The notes under the pieces: generated by a model
The model's input: the letters and a program-made list of their open reading frames with translations, nothing else
Database searches by the model: none
What the model was told of the DNA's origin: nothing
From: Nanobdellota archaeon
GTDB taxonomy: Archaea; Nanobdellota; Nanobdellia; Pacearchaeales; GW2011-AR1
DNA length: 64,000 nucleotides
NCBI GenBank assembly: GCA_030647125.1
Contig: JAUSKC010000013.1
Span: 2,249 to 66,248, forward strand
Direction: 5' to 3'
Made by a program: the position numbers and the translations under genes
Shown: positions 1-9,632 of the stretch, one piece after another
Layout of the letters: every line of letters begins with the position of its first letter
Position numbering within the stretch: position 1 is the stretch's first letter

Positions 1-723
1 AAATTCGGCCGGTTCGATCCATACCAGCCAATTGCGCAGCAAATCGATCTTCCTCCAACTTTAATAAATCGTTTCGATATAATTTTTACTCTGCGTGACA
101 TTCCAGACGCATCAAAAGATGAAAGAATTGCTATGCATGTTTTGCGCGAGCACAAGTCCGATACAAAAACAACAGTTATTCCAGTGGAATTATTCAGAAA
201 ATACGTCGCGTATGCCAAGCAAAGAATAAAACCCGAACTTTCTGAAGAAGCAATTTTAGAATTAAAAAAATTTTATGTTGATTTAAGAAACGCGCCTGTT
301 TCATCAGAATCAGGAATGCGTCCAATTCCAATTTCAGCCCGTCAATTAAACGCTTTGATAAGAATGTCAGAAGCAATGGCAAAAATAAAGTTAAATAAAA
401 ACGTGTCGAAAGAAGACGCCAAAGTTTCTATAGAAATTATGAAATATTATCTTATGCAAGTTGGATACGATTACGAATCTAAGACATTCGACATAGACAG
501 ATTTACAACCTCGATGGCATCCTCTCAAAGGTCAAAGGTCTTTTTAGTGCGAGACATAATAACTTCATTGGAAGAAAAATTAGGAAAATTAATTCCGGTT
601 GAAGAAGTCGAAAATGCGCTTGATGGAAAAATGACAAAAGCCGAAATTGAAGAGGCATTAACAAAATTAAAATCATCTGGGGATGTCTTCAATCCGCGTA
701 GGGGCTACGTGCAGAAAACTTAA
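1..723 (+). CDS. mcm: MCM replicative helicase, C-terminal part (5' end outside window)
   Basis: Frame 1 is open from nt 1 (KFGRFDPYQPIAQQIDLPPTLINRFDIIFTLRDIP, the MCM AAA+ arginine-finger region). It runs into listed ORF 133..723 and ends at TAA 721-723. Confidence 0.85.
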   Translation, partial: KFGRFDPYQPIAQQIDLPPTLINRFDIIFTLRDIPDASKDERIAMHVLREHKSDTKTTVIPVELFRKYVAYAKQRIKPELSEEAILELKKFYVDLRNAPVSSESGMRPIPISARQLNALIRMSEAMAKIKLNKNVSKEDAKVSIEIMKYYLMQVGYDYESKTFDIDRFTTSMASSQRSKVFLVRDIITSLEEKLGKLIPVEEVENALDGKMTKAEIEEALTKLKSSGDVFNPRRGYVQKT

Positions 724-803
724 CCTCATAAAAACTTATAAATAAACTAAGTTTTTCCAAATTACAAAGGAAGTTGAATGTCAAGAAACCTTAGTGTCTT
801 ACA

Positions 804-1436
804 ATGGCAATAGAAACACAGCAATTCAAAAGAAACGTTGCATATAAATTCCGAATCGGAGATTTGCTAATTGGAAAACCTGTATTAGATGGAGAAAAAT
901 TCACCTTCTTGGAATTGGGAAACAAACAAATTGTAAGAGTAAATATCATTGGAAACATAGTAGACCGTTATGATTCTCAAGGCGAAAAGAAATACACTTT
1001 CTTAACTTTGGATGACGGTTCAGGACAAATTTCATTAAAAACATTTGGAGATGACATAGAAAAATTCAAAAACTTCACACAAGGCCTAACTGTTGCAATC
1101 ATTGGCGTCTTAAGATACTTCAACAATCAACTCTATATCTCTCCAGAAATAATAAAAGAACAAGACCCAAAATATTTACTCGTGAGAAAACTTGAACTAG
1201 AAAAAGAACGCTCTTCAAATTTCACACCTATGCAAAGAGAGCAAATAACCGCTGTAAGAGATAACATCTTGGATAAAATAAGAGATGCAGAAAACGCCGG
1301 AGGAATTGACAAAGAGGACTTGATAATGCAGCTCCGCAATTTCTCACCAGACATAATAAATCAAGAGATAAAAAAACTTCTTGAAGACGGAATTATATTC
1401 GAACCGCGCCCAGGTAAAGTTAGATGGTTGGGATAA
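804..1436 (+). CDS. OB-fold ssDNA-binding protein, RPA32/Stn1-like, with C-terminal winged helix
   Basis: OB pattern VRVNIIGNIV..YTFLTLDDGSGQISLKTF..VAIIGVLRYF, plus a C-terminal wH-like tail (LLEDGIIFEPRPGKVR). It lies directly downstream of mcm. Confidence 0.5.
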   Translation: MAIETQQFKRNVAYKFRIGDLLIGKPVLDGEKFTFLELGNKQIVRVNIIGNIVDRYDSQGEKKYTFLTLDDGSGQISLKTFGDDIEKFKNFTQGLTVAIIGVLRYFNNQLYISPEIIKEQDPKYLLVRKLELEKERSSNFTPMQREQITAVRDNILDKIRDAENAGGIDKEDLIMQLRNFSPDIINQEIKKLLEDGIIFEPRPGKVRWLG

Positions 1437-1437
1437 C

Positions 1438-1953
1438 TTAATTTCTTATATCAAAATCTTGATAATCTATTTTAACCGGCTTGCCATTTTGAAGGAGTTG
1501 AACAAGTTCCGCTCTTCCCGAATTTGTAACATCAACTTCAACAGTAATATTTTGTGTTGGAATCTCAGCGTTCCTCTCAAAGAAATATTGTTCAATCCCA
1601 TATTCAACATTAGCTCTGTTACCATAAATATATGTGACCTTGCCCTTGATAAAATCCCCTTGCGAGGGTCTGCTTTTTGAACTATCAACAAGTCTCCAAA
1701 TCCCCTCGGCATCTTCTTTTAATTTAACATAAACAGTATCCCCTGATTCAAGATTAGTTGAATTTAATATAGATATCTCATAATTTATCTGCATATATTG
1801 CCCCCTTAATGGATCAAAAGGATCAACAGGCCTCGTATCAAGAACAATCTTCTTTCCAGTAAGGTGCGGCCATTCATTGTATAATAAAAAAGAAACAACT
1901 ACTAAAAGAACGACAAGCGACACAATAATTACAGATATTAATTGTTTTTTCAT
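1438..1953 (-). CDS. GDYXXLXY-family membrane-anchored protein
   Basis: N-terminal TM helix followed by RPVDPFDPLRGQYMQINYEIS (family signature, here GQYMQINY). There is a 4-nt ATGA overlap with the upstream membrane gene. Confidence 0.6.
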   Translation of the reverse strand: MKKQLISVIIVSLVVLLVVVSFLLYNEWPHLTGKKIVLDTRPVDPFDPLRGQYMQINYEISILNSTNLESGDTVYVKLKEDAEGIWRLVDSSKSRPSQGDFIKGKVTYIYGNRANVEYGIEQYFFERNAEIPTQNITVEVDVTNSGRAELVQLLQNGKPVKIDYQDFDIRN

Positions 1954-3569
1954 ATTTCTTGTTGAGCCTCAATTATAAGATTTTTTCTCCATTTTGGAAT
2001 TAACCATGCTCCTAAAATTAATATCATTCCACCCAATATTGCCAGTATACTAAAAGCAAGATAACCTGAAAAATTCATCCAAAATCCAATATATCTAGAA
2101 ATAATTTCTAATATAAATGCTATTAATCCAAGATTAATTATCTTAGTTGAACCTACAAATTGGCCATACCATAAAATTAAGATAATAAATCCTATAAAAA
2201 ATACATTTATAATTAACCATAAAACCCAAACTCCAAAAGGCATTAAATTATCTTCTCCAATAATACTTCCTATATAACCTCCTGCACCCCAGCTACAACC
2301 AGTTTCACTTAAACAACTATCTTTTTGATTATTATGAGTTCTACAAGTATTGTATAAAGAGTCAGATGCAAGTTCTTTATATTCCCTTTCACATCTTCCT
2401 CCAATCAAAATACATTTCGCCCCAGAAGGAGCAGAATTACAAGAGGATTCATTTAAGTTATAACAATCAAATTCCTGACAATAGCCTGCATTAGGAACAT
2501 TTGCATTATTTTGAGATTGCCATTTACAGCCCAATGTTGAAAGAGCTGCATTACACAGAGATTCCGTATCATAATTATAACAATTTTGAATCTCACAATA
2601 ACCTACTCCATTATCTCGCACAATCCACCCACAATTAAGATCAGCAGGTGCGCTATTGCATTCAGCCAATTTTTCAAAATTGTAACACTGTGTAGGAGAA
2701 CATGCACCAATCGCGCCTGCTGCAGATTTAGTGAACAATGCAAGAATAAAAAGAAGTATAAACACTCCAATAAATATCAATATTTCCTTAACATTCAATT
2801 CTCTTTTGCTTGCAGCAAATAAAATGGAAAGAATAAAAATAGCATAAGAAATCACTATAAATAAAATTAAGAATAAAGAAAACGCGCTTGCATCAAATTC
2901 ATAAGCTCCTAAAAGAGGTTGTATGCTCTGAAAACTAAGAATATAAAAGATAACAAGGAAATAAAACACTGTCCAAAATCTATACAAATTTGCAAAAGGA
3001 TGTTTTATTGCTTTATGAAAGATATTCAACCCATATAATAAAAGCCCCATGGTTAAAAATATAAAAACAAAAATTATAACCATCGCACTACCATCACGAA
3101 TTGCGTCTTCAACAGTAACCATATACTGCATAATCAACCACGGAAAAAAAAGAACAATTCCACCAAGTAAATTTTCTGGGGAATTTAACACATAAGCAAT
3201 AAAAATTAAAAAAAACCAACAAAAAAGAAAAAGCCAGGTCACCCCTTGAAGAGTAACATTAGTTGAATAAATTTGAGCAATTAGAAAAACACTTAAAACA
3301 TACAGGCCGCCCCCAAGTAAAATTAAAGCTCTTGCAATATATTCATGCTCTTGTGTTCTGATTAAAACTCCAACAATAAAAGCAAGTAAAGTAGAAAAAA
3401 CTAAAATAGACACTTTAAGAAAATCTGGAATATCATGCCAATTGTAAGCAATAATCCACGCAACCCCAACGAGAACCAAAATAGCCCCAATAATCGAAAC
3501 TATATTCAAGAAGAAAGACCCTTTCTTATCATTCTTTATCCATGTCATAATAAAAATAAGTTTCTGCAC
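1950..3569 (-). CDS. Polytopic membrane protein, DUF2157-like, with a Cys-rich repeat loop
   Basis: Many hydrophobic helices and an N-terminal AWIIAYNWHDIPDF segment like DUF2157 partners of GDYXXLXY genes. Residues 290-426 are hydrophilic and contain 16 Cys. Confidence 0.55.
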   Translation of the reverse strand: MQKLIFIMTWIKNDKKGSFFLNIVSIIGAILVLVGVAWIIAYNWHDIPDFLKVSILVFSTLLAFIVGVLIRTQEHEYIARALILLGGGLYVLSVFLIAQIYSTNVTLQGVTWLFLFCWFFLIFIAYVLNSPENLLGGIVLFFPWLIMQYMVTVEDAIRDGSAMVIIFVFIFLTMGLLLYGLNIFHKAIKHPFANLYRFWTVFYFLVIFYILSFQSIQPLLGAYEFDASAFSLFLILFIVISYAIFILSILFAASKRELNVKEILIFIGVFILLFILALFTKSAAGAIGACSPTQCYNFEKLAECNSAPADLNCGWIVRDNGVGYCEIQNCYNYDTESLCNAALSTLGCKWQSQNNANVPNAGYCQEFDCYNLNESSCNSAPSGAKCILIGGRCEREYKELASDSLYNTCRTHNNQKDSCLSETGCSWGAGGYIGSIIGEDNLMPFGVWVLWLIINVFFIGFIILILWYGQFVGSTKIINLGLIAFILEIISRYIGFWMNFSGYLAFSILAILGGMILILGAWLIPKWRKNLIIEAQQEI

Positions 3570-3595
3570 TTTTTAAATTTGTTGAAAAATCAAAA

Positions 3596-3787
3596 CTATT
3601 CAAGATTGTGCCTTCTTTCGGCCTCTGCAATAATATCAATAAAAAGAGAAGAGAATAAACCAAATGCGCTGGCAAACAGACCAAAAACATCCAAAAAATC
3701 TACTTGTATTAATTGTAATGTAAGATAAATAAAAATAAAGAACTCAATAATCTTAGAAAATATCTTTAATCTGTCAATAGAAATCAT
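3596..3787 (-). CDS. small hypothetical membrane protein (63 aa)
   Basis: ORF only. It has a hydrophobic core and lies directly upstream of the DUF2157-like gene on the same strand. Confidence 0.35.
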   Translation of the reverse strand: MISIDRLKIFSKIIEFFIFIYLTLQLIQVDFLDVFGLFASAFGLFSSLFIDIIAEAERRHNLE

Positions 3788-3788
3788 T

Positions 3789-3893
3789 TTATAAAAGACT
3801 TCTAATTATTGCAAAGACCAGCAAAGCAAGAGCCAGAAACCCAATAATCCAAGCAACCCATTGCAAAACAGAAATCTTCTCTTTCTTTGGCAT
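3789..3893 (-). CDS. small hypothetical membrane protein (34 aa, not in ORF track)
   Basis: ATG 3891-3893 to TAA 3789-3791 gives MPKKEKISVLQWVAWIIGFLALALLVFAIIRSLL, a single TM helix. No clear SD sequence. Confidence 0.3.
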   Translation of the reverse strand: MPKKEKISVLQWVAWIIGFLALALLVFAIIRSLL

Positions 3894-4095
3894 AAACAAT
3901 AAAAGAGTTTGTTCTTTTTAAATTTGTCCTCTCTTACGCATTTTATCAAAATTCAATCTATAATAATTAGAAAAAATCAAAGCCGCAATTCCTGCATGAA
4001 TAAACTTTCATAGGAAAATCTAATCTCCCATTTTTAAAAGAATCAATAATTTTATTCATAAAAATTCAAAGAGAAATTAATATTTAATTTTATTG

Positions 4096-4395
4096 TTATT
4101 CTTGATATCTCTTCTTAACAGTTACTTCTTCTTTAAGAACACCTTCATAAGCCTTAGCCAATTGAACCGCCATGTCAAAATAAACAGGACTATAAACGCT
4201 TACTCTTGGATGAATTAAATTGCCAAAATGAATAATTGGAGATCTTTCCTGTCCTCTATACACTCCTATATAATCACTGGAATCTTGAGTTGTTAAAAAC
4301 CCATTACCCACAAGTTCCTTAGTAAGTTCAACTAAACGACTATAATTATCCCTTTCTTGAATATCTTCTTTTGTTAAACCTTCTATTTTAACCAT
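4096..4395 (-). CDS. hypothetical protein (99 aa)
   Basis: Clean ORF with ordinary composition. No motif recognised. Confidence 0.45.
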   Translation of the reverse strand: MVKIEGLTKEDIQERDNYSRLVELTKELVGNGFLTTQDSSDYIGVYRGQERSPIIHFGNLIHPRVSVYSPVYFDMAVQLAKAYEGVLKEEVTVKKRYQE

Positions 4396-4455
4396 CTATT
4401 TTTAATAAAATACTTATTTATAAAAATTTATATACTATCTCAAAAACAGATTATC

Positions 4456-4866
4456 ATGGAAAGCTACGAACAAATGCTCAATGACGCGTTCTCAAAAATA
4501 AAGCAGCCGCAAGGAACTGGCGAACGTTTTGAAATCCCTACAGCCGAAGGCCGATTTGAAGGGAAAAAAACAATCATAACAAATTTCGCGCAGTTAGTTG
4601 ATATTTTAAGAAGGCCAAAAGAACACTTTGCAAAATTTCTTTCAAAAGAAACAGCAACTCAAACGCAAATAGACGGAGACCGTCTAATATTAAACAACAA
4701 AGTCCCTTCTTCAAAGATAAATCAAAAAATTGAACAATACACAAAAGAGTTCGTTCTTTGCAATGAATGTGGAAAACCCGACACTGAATTAACAAAAGAA
4801 GACAGAATAACAATAAAACACTGTCTTGCATGCGGCGCAAAGCACCCCGTAAGATCAAAAATTTAA
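4456..4866 (+). CDS. eif2b: translation initiation factor aIF-2 beta subunit
   Basis: FAKFLSKETATQ..IDGDRLILNNK core and the C-terminal zinc ribbon VLCNECGKPDT...CLACGA. Confidence 0.9.
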   Translation: MESYEQMLNDAFSKIKQPQGTGERFEIPTAEGRFEGKKTIITNFAQLVDILRRPKEHFAKFLSKETATQTQIDGDRLILNNKVPSSKINQKIEQYTKEFVLCNECGKPDTELTKEDRITIKHCLACGAKHPVRSKI

Positions 4867-4969
4867 TTGCACAAACTAGTTTTCTCGCACAATAACCTTT
4901 AAATAAACACCTTTTCTACTAAAATTAGATTCATTGAATCCTAAGCAATAAAATAAAGAAGGAGGAAAA

Positions 4970-5110
4970 ATGGAAGCATACTGTGTTAAGTGTAAAGCAA
5001 AAAGAGAGATGAAAGACGGAAAAGAGTCAAAAACCGTTAAAGGCGTACGCATGATGAAAGGCAAGTGCCCTAAATGTGATACAACAATGTGCCGAATTCT
5101 CGGCAAGTAA
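4970..5110 (+). CDS. small zinc-ribbon protein (46 aa, DUF5679-like; not in ORF track)
   Basis: GGAGG at 4961-4965, then ATG 4970. The product is MEAYCVKCKAKREMKDGKESKTVKGVRMMKGKCPKCDTTMCRILGK (CxxC...CxxC), ending at TAA 5108-5110. Confidence 0.6.
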   Translation: MEAYCVKCKAKREMKDGKESKTVKGVRMMKGKCPKCDTTMCRILGK

Positions 5111-5181
5111 ACAATTTATTTTTATTTTTTACTATCTTTTTTAATCACAAAACTTAAAACCCCCAATCTTTTTCTCCAATT

Positions 5182-5481
5182 ATGATTTCAGTAAAAATTC
5201 ATAGATCTTACAGAGAGGTTGTTGCAATTGCCGATTCTGACTTAATTGGAAAAATCTTTGAAGAGGGAAACTTGCAGCTCAACGTCAAAGAAAATTTCTA
5301 CAAAGACAAAGAGCTTAATTTTGAAGAGGCAGTTGAGTTAATGATAGACCAAAAAAAAGAAGACGCAACTTTCAATATTATTGGGAAAAACGCAGTCAGC
5401 GCCGCGCTTGAAGCAGGAATCATATCTGAAGAAGGAATAAACGAAGTTCAGGACATTCCGTTCGCACTTGTACTTCTTTAA
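5182..5481 (+). CDS. DUF424-family archaeal protein
   Basis: MISVKIHRSYREVVAIADSDLIGKIFEEGNLQLNV matches the DUF424 N-terminal pattern, and the size is typical. Confidence 0.55.
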   Translation: MISVKIHRSYREVVAIADSDLIGKIFEEGNLQLNVKENFYKDKELNFEEAVELMIDQKKEDATFNIIGKNAVSAALEAGIISEEGINEVQDIPFALVLL

Positions 5482-5520
5482 TCTAAAAAAACTTATAAAC
5501 CATATTTAAATCCATTTATT

Positions 5521-5874
5521 ATGCCTGAAGAATTTAATGACGAAGAATCAGAAGAAAATTTAGAAAATAGTTCTGAAAACGGAGAAATAAAAATCCGAGT
5601 AAAGCTTCCAAGAGGGGAAGAAGTAATTGGAATTATAGAACAGCGTCTTGGAGGAAATAAAATGCTTGTTAATTGTCTTGATGGAAAAACTAGAAATTGT
5701 AGAGTTCCAGGCAGATTGAAAAGGCAATTGTGGTTAAGGCCTGGAGACGTCGTCATAATAGAACCTTGGGAACTAGACAAAGAAAAAGGCGATGTAATCT
5801 TCAAATACCGCCCCGGACAAGTCGACTGGCTCAGAAGAAAAGGATATTTGGAAGCAAAATCAAATGAATTTTGA
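5521..5874 (+). CDS. eif1a: translation initiation factor aIF-1A
   Basis: S1-like OB fold: GIIEQRLGGNKMLVNCLDGKTRNCRVPGRLKRQLWLRPGDVVII. Confidence 0.9.
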   Translation: MPEEFNDEESEENLENSSENGEIKIRVKLPRGEEVIGIIEQRLGGNKMLVNCLDGKTRNCRVPGRLKRQLWLRPGDVVIIEPWELDKEKGDVIFKYRPGQVDWLRRKGYLEAKSNEF

Positions 5875-5908
5875 TAAAACTTATAACCTTTAATTTATTC
5901 TAAATAAC

Positions 5909-6436
5909 ATGATAAAAATTATTGCAGAAAAACCAAAAAGAATTTTGCTCTTGGAAAAACAGCTTGAAAGCGAACTCAAAGTCAAGATTTCAAACAAAGG
6001 AAGAGAATTCTCATTAGACGGAACTCCTGAAAGAGAATATTTTGCAGAAAAAATTATTTTAGCAATTGACTTTGGTTTTGAACATTCAGACGCAATGCTT
6101 CTCAACGACGAAGATTTCCTTTTTGAAGTTTTAAACATAAAGGAATACACAAAAAAAGATAATTTGGAAAGAATAAGAGGAAGAATAATAGGAACAGAAA
6201 GAAAAACTCTTGATACTTTGGAACAACTTACAGATTGTTTTTTCCAATTAAGAAATAATCAAGTTGCAATTATAGGCCCATCAGAAAGAATAAAATACGC
6301 GGAAGAAGCAATAATAAATTTAGTCAAAGGAACAAAACAGGCAAATGTGTATGCCCGTTTGGAAAAACACAGGCCAGAGCCAATTCTTGACCTTGGCTTA
6401 AAAGAAAAATTCAAAAAAGCAAATAAAAACTTTTAA
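5909..6436 (+). CDS. KH-domain RNA-binding protein (Dim2/Pno1-like)
   Basis: Two KH-like modules (RIIGTERKTLDTLEQLT; VAIIGPSERIKYAEEAI). The position next to aIF-1A is the usual archaeal neighbourhood. Confidence 0.6.
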   Translation: MIKIIAEKPKRILLLEKQLESELKVKISNKGREFSLDGTPEREYFAEKIILAIDFGFEHSDAMLLNDEDFLFEVLNIKEYTKKDNLERIRGRIIGTERKTLDTLEQLTDCFFQLRNNQVAIIGPSERIKYAEEAIINLVKGTKQANVYARLEKHRPEPILDLGLKEKFKKANKNF

Positions 6437-6462
6437 ATATCAATTCTCCGCAGATTATTTAT

Positions 6463-6535
6463 GTCCCGGTAGCTCAGTCGGTAGAGCACATGACTGTTAA
6501 TCATGGGGTCGTAGGTTCGAGTCCTGCTCGGGACG
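6463..6535 (+). tRNA. tRNA-Asn (GTT)
   Basis: Cloverleaf read by hand: acceptor GTCCCGG/TCGGGAC, anticodon arm CATGA-CTGTTAA-TCATG, T-loop TTCGAGT. 73 nt, no encoded CCA. Confidence 0.9.
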
Positions 6536-6572
6536 TTTTATAATTATAGAGGATAATTCTAAAGTTGAGAAA

Positions 6573-7430
6573 TCAATTTAACATTTTGTTATATGCTTGA
6601 GCTGCTTCTGCTTGATCTTTTGGCGTTGAACCAGCCCCATTTGGAAACATCAAAGCCCTGCCAACATTAACAATTAACCGTTCTCTACTGAATTGTTTTT
6701 TCAAAAGATCAACTTCACCGCCCTGAGCTCCAACACCTGGAACAAGAATTAATCCATTGTAAATTCCAGAAACATTTTGTATTTCATAACCTTTAATATG
6801 ATTTTTATCACTTGGAGCGCCAATAACTAATCCATCAACTCCAGCAGCTTCTGATCTTTTAGCTATATCAACATATTTTCTTACGCAAAGTTTATCATCT
6901 ATAAGTTTTAAATCAACACCAGCTGGAATAGGATAACTAGCTTCAATCCAAGAATTTTTTTCCTTTTCAAACTCAGGATTACTCATAATGCACATACTAA
7001 TTAATCCCAAATCGCGTTTATGTGCTTGTAAAGCTGCTTCTTCTAAATTTCCAGCAAATGGAGAAAAAGTCACAGCATCATAAGCTTTATCTTGTGTAAA
7101 ACAAAAACCACTATCATTAGTTGAACCAATATCTCTTCTCTTAGAATCTTCAATAACAACTAATCCTTTCGAATGAGCTAAATAAACAATTTCACCCAAA
7201 GATTCAACATCATCTATTCCTTCCCAATAATTTGTATTTGGCTTCAAAGCCACACAAAAAGGAGCAACAGCTTCGATATACTTTAAAGCCCAATCTCTTT
7301 TATTCACTCCTTTAGGCAATACGTCCTTTCCTTCTCTCGACCCATATTCAGCAGGATCTAACCCCGCACATAAAATGCTTCCTCCTTCCTGAACTCTTTC
7401 GATATATTTTTGTTGAAAATTGTTTTCCAT
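6573..7430 (-). CDS. pyrF: orotidine-5'-phosphate decarboxylase, type 2
   Basis: ILCAGLDP and IEDSKRRDIGSTN motifs. The start was moved to the ATG at 7428-7430 (MENNFQQ), which removes the overlap with pyrE. Confidence 0.75.
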   Translation of the reverse strand: MENNFQQKYIERVQEGGSILCAGLDPAEYGSREGKDVLPKGVNKRDWALKYIEAVAPFCVALKPNTNYWEGIDDVESLGEIVYLAHSKGLVVIEDSKRRDIGSTNDSGFCFTQDKAYDAVTFSPFAGNLEEAALQAHKRDLGLISMCIMSNPEFEKEKNSWIEASYPIPAGVDLKLIDDKLCVRKYVDIAKRSEAAGVDGLVIGAPSDKNHIKGYEIQNVSGIYNGLILVPGVGAQGGEVDLLKKQFSRERLIVNVGRALMFPNGAGSTPKDQAEAAQAYNKMLN

Positions 7431-7431
7431 T

Positions 7432-8127
7432 TTAATTAAGTCCCAATCTCCTTTTAACTTCATTTGAACCATACCTACTTAAATAATCTTTAACTGAACC
7501 CAAATATTCTGATTTAGTTTCTTCTAAATATTCTAAAATATCAAAAATAGAGATATAAGAAAGAACAGGAACTCCTGTGCTTTTAGTGAACAATTCCGTC
7601 GCGCTCACCCCATCATTTACAGATTCGCATCTGTCTAATAAAATATAACACCCATCAATAGAAACATTATTCGCTGCCGCTTTAATTAATTCAACTGCCT
7701 CTTGTTTTGTTTCACCTGTAGTAAGAACATCTTCAGTAATTATCACATGGTCATTATCTTTAATACTTCCAACAACTTTTGCCGACAAGCCACCTTTTGT
7801 TCCTTCACCATGATCTTTCACTTCTTTTCTGTCATAAGCATATCTAACATTTCTCCCGTAACTCCACAAGGAAGAAGCTGCCGCGCTGGACAAAGTTATT
7901 CCTTTGTATGCCGGACCAAATATCAAGCTGAGTTCTCTAGGAGAATCGTGTCTCTGAATCATAGAAGCAAAAACATTTCCAATATAAGAAATGCTTTCTC
8001 CGTCATCATAATTTCCTGCATTAAAAAACATTGGGGATATCCGCCCGCTTTTCAAACGAAACTCACCAAATCTTAAAACATCTTTTCGAATAGAAAACTC
8101 AATAAACTCTTTTTTATAATCATCCAT
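7432..8127 (-). CDS. pyrE: orotate phosphoribosyltransferase
   Basis: FGEFRLKSGRISPMFFN and the PRPP-binding loop VIITEDVLTTGET. Confidence 0.85.
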   Translation of the reverse strand: MDDYKKEFIEFSIRKDVLRFGEFRLKSGRISPMFFNAGNYDDGESISYIGNVFASMIQRHDSPRELSLIFGPAYKGITLSSAAASSLWSYGRNVRYAYDRKEVKDHGEGTKGGLSAKVVGSIKDNDHVIITEDVLTTGETKQEAVELIKAAANNVSIDGCYILLDRCESVNDGVSATELFTKSTGVPVLSYISIFDILEYLEETKSEYLGSVKDYLSRYGSNEVKRRLGLN

Positions 8128-8212
8128 TATTCACAAAAAGAAAGTAATCGTTTATAAAAATTCTCGTTCTTAAAAACAAACATTTTTTAACCACTTTTAT
8201 CCAATAAATTTT

Positions 8213-8488
8213 ATGAAAAAACAATTTTTCACACTATCAAAATGGGTAATAGTTTCAACAGTGATTTTATTCATTTTAAATGTAATTCTCATACTTCAAC
8301 TTATTCCTGTTCTTGAGTCTCAAACATTAAATGCTAAAATAGTAAATGCAATAGTTTCACCACCAAATTTTATAATAGAAGATCTTTTAGGAATTAACAG
8401 CATTAAATTTTTTGATATTTTAACTTGGATACTTCAATTTATTTACGATTACATTCTAATCCTTATCATAAGATATATAATAAAATGA
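8213..8488 (+). CDS. hypothetical small membrane protein
   Basis: ORF with hydrophobic helices. ATGA overlap with the mnmA start. Confidence 0.4.
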   Translation: MKKQFFTLSKWVIVSTVILFILNVILILQLIPVLESQTLNAKIVNAIVSPPNFIIEDLLGINSIKFFDILTWILQFIYDYILILIIRYIIK

Positions 8489-9594
8489 AAACCAAAATAT
8501 TGCTGGCAATGTCCGGAGGTGTCGATTCCAGTGTTGCTGCACTTTTATTAAAAAAGCAGGGCTATGAGATAATAGGAGCGTTCATGAAAAATTGGTCTGA
8601 CACAAAAGATCCTTTGACCGGAGAATGTAACTGGAGAAGCGAGCGCACCCAAGCAATAAAAATTGCTTCAATTCTTAACATCCCACTAATAACTTTGGAC
8701 TTTGAAAAGCAATACAAGTCCCAAGTTGTAGATGAAATGTTCAAAAAATATAAATTAGGAATAACTCCAAATCCCGACGTGGACTGCAATAACAAAGTAA
8801 AGTTCCCTTTATTATGGAAAGCTGCAAAAAAATTAAATTGTGATTTAATCGCAACAGGCCATTATGCTTGTATAAAAGAAATAAAAAACAAAATAGAACT
8901 GCACAGAGCAAAAGATGAATCAAAAGACCAATCATATTTTATTTACCGGTTAAAGGAGTTCGATCTTTCACACACTTTATTCCCTATAGGTAACTATACA
9001 AAAAAGCAAATTCGTGAAATAGCAGAAAAAAACAAATTTCCTAATTACAATAAAAAATCAACCGTAGGAATTTGCTTCATTGGAAAAGTAAATCTTAAGA
9101 ACTTTTTGAAAAATAAAATTAAGCCAAAAAAAGGCAACATATTAAATCCTGAAGGAAGAATAATAGGAACTCACGACGGAATTTATTATTATACAATAGG
9201 GCAAAGAATCGGCCCGAGATTCGGAATTAATATCAACAAAGGAATTTACGACTCAAACCCGTCCCAAATGAGTCGTTGGTATGTCGCAAAAAAAGATGTA
9301 AAAACAAACACACTAACAGCCGCTCCGGAAGGGCATAAAATATTATTAAGAAGAAATATAATAATAAAAGATGCACACTGGATTAACAATGAATTATCAA
9401 AAACAAAATCTCATAAGGTCTTTTCAAGAATACGCCAAGTTGGAGAATTAATTCCTTCAATTTTGAAATACAATTCAAAATCTAAAAAATGGAATGTAAC
9501 TCTAAACAAAGCAATAACCGGAATCAGCGAAGGCCAGGCAGTAGTTCTTTACCAAAAAACAAAATGCATTGGCGGCGGAGTGATATCTTTTTGA
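8485..9594 (+). CDS. mnmA: tRNA-specific 2-thiouridylase MnmA (bacterial-type)
   Basis: PP-loop KILLAMSGGVDSSVAA. The start was set at ATG 8485 (MKTKILLAMSGG). Confidence 0.85.
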   Translation: MKTKILLAMSGGVDSSVAALLLKKQGYEIIGAFMKNWSDTKDPLTGECNWRSERTQAIKIASILNIPLITLDFEKQYKSQVVDEMFKKYKLGITPNPDVDCNNKVKFPLLWKAAKKLNCDLIATGHYACIKEIKNKIELHRAKDESKDQSYFIYRLKEFDLSHTLFPIGNYTKKQIREIAEKNKFPNYNKKSTVGICFIGKVNLKNFLKNKIKPKKGNILNPEGRIIGTHDGIYYYTIGQRIGPRFGININKGIYDSNPSQMSRWYVAKKDVKTNTLTAAPEGHKILLRRNIIIKDAHWINNELSKTKSHKVFSRIRQVGELIPSILKYNSKSKKWNVTLNKAITGISEGQAVVLYQKTKCIGGGVISF

Positions 9595-9632
9595 ATATAA
9601 AAAGTTAAATAATAAAGTTTTATACCAAATTA

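Noticed and set aside
4876-5106. 76-aa minus-strand ORF
   Set aside because: It is antisense to a better-supported SD-preceded CxxC zinc-ribbon gene (4970..5110).
7432-7472. A 41-nt overlap between pyrE and the listed pyrF ORF
   Set aside because: An in-frame ATG at 7428-7430 gives a pyrF start just after the pyrE stop, and the conserved pyrF core begins after it.
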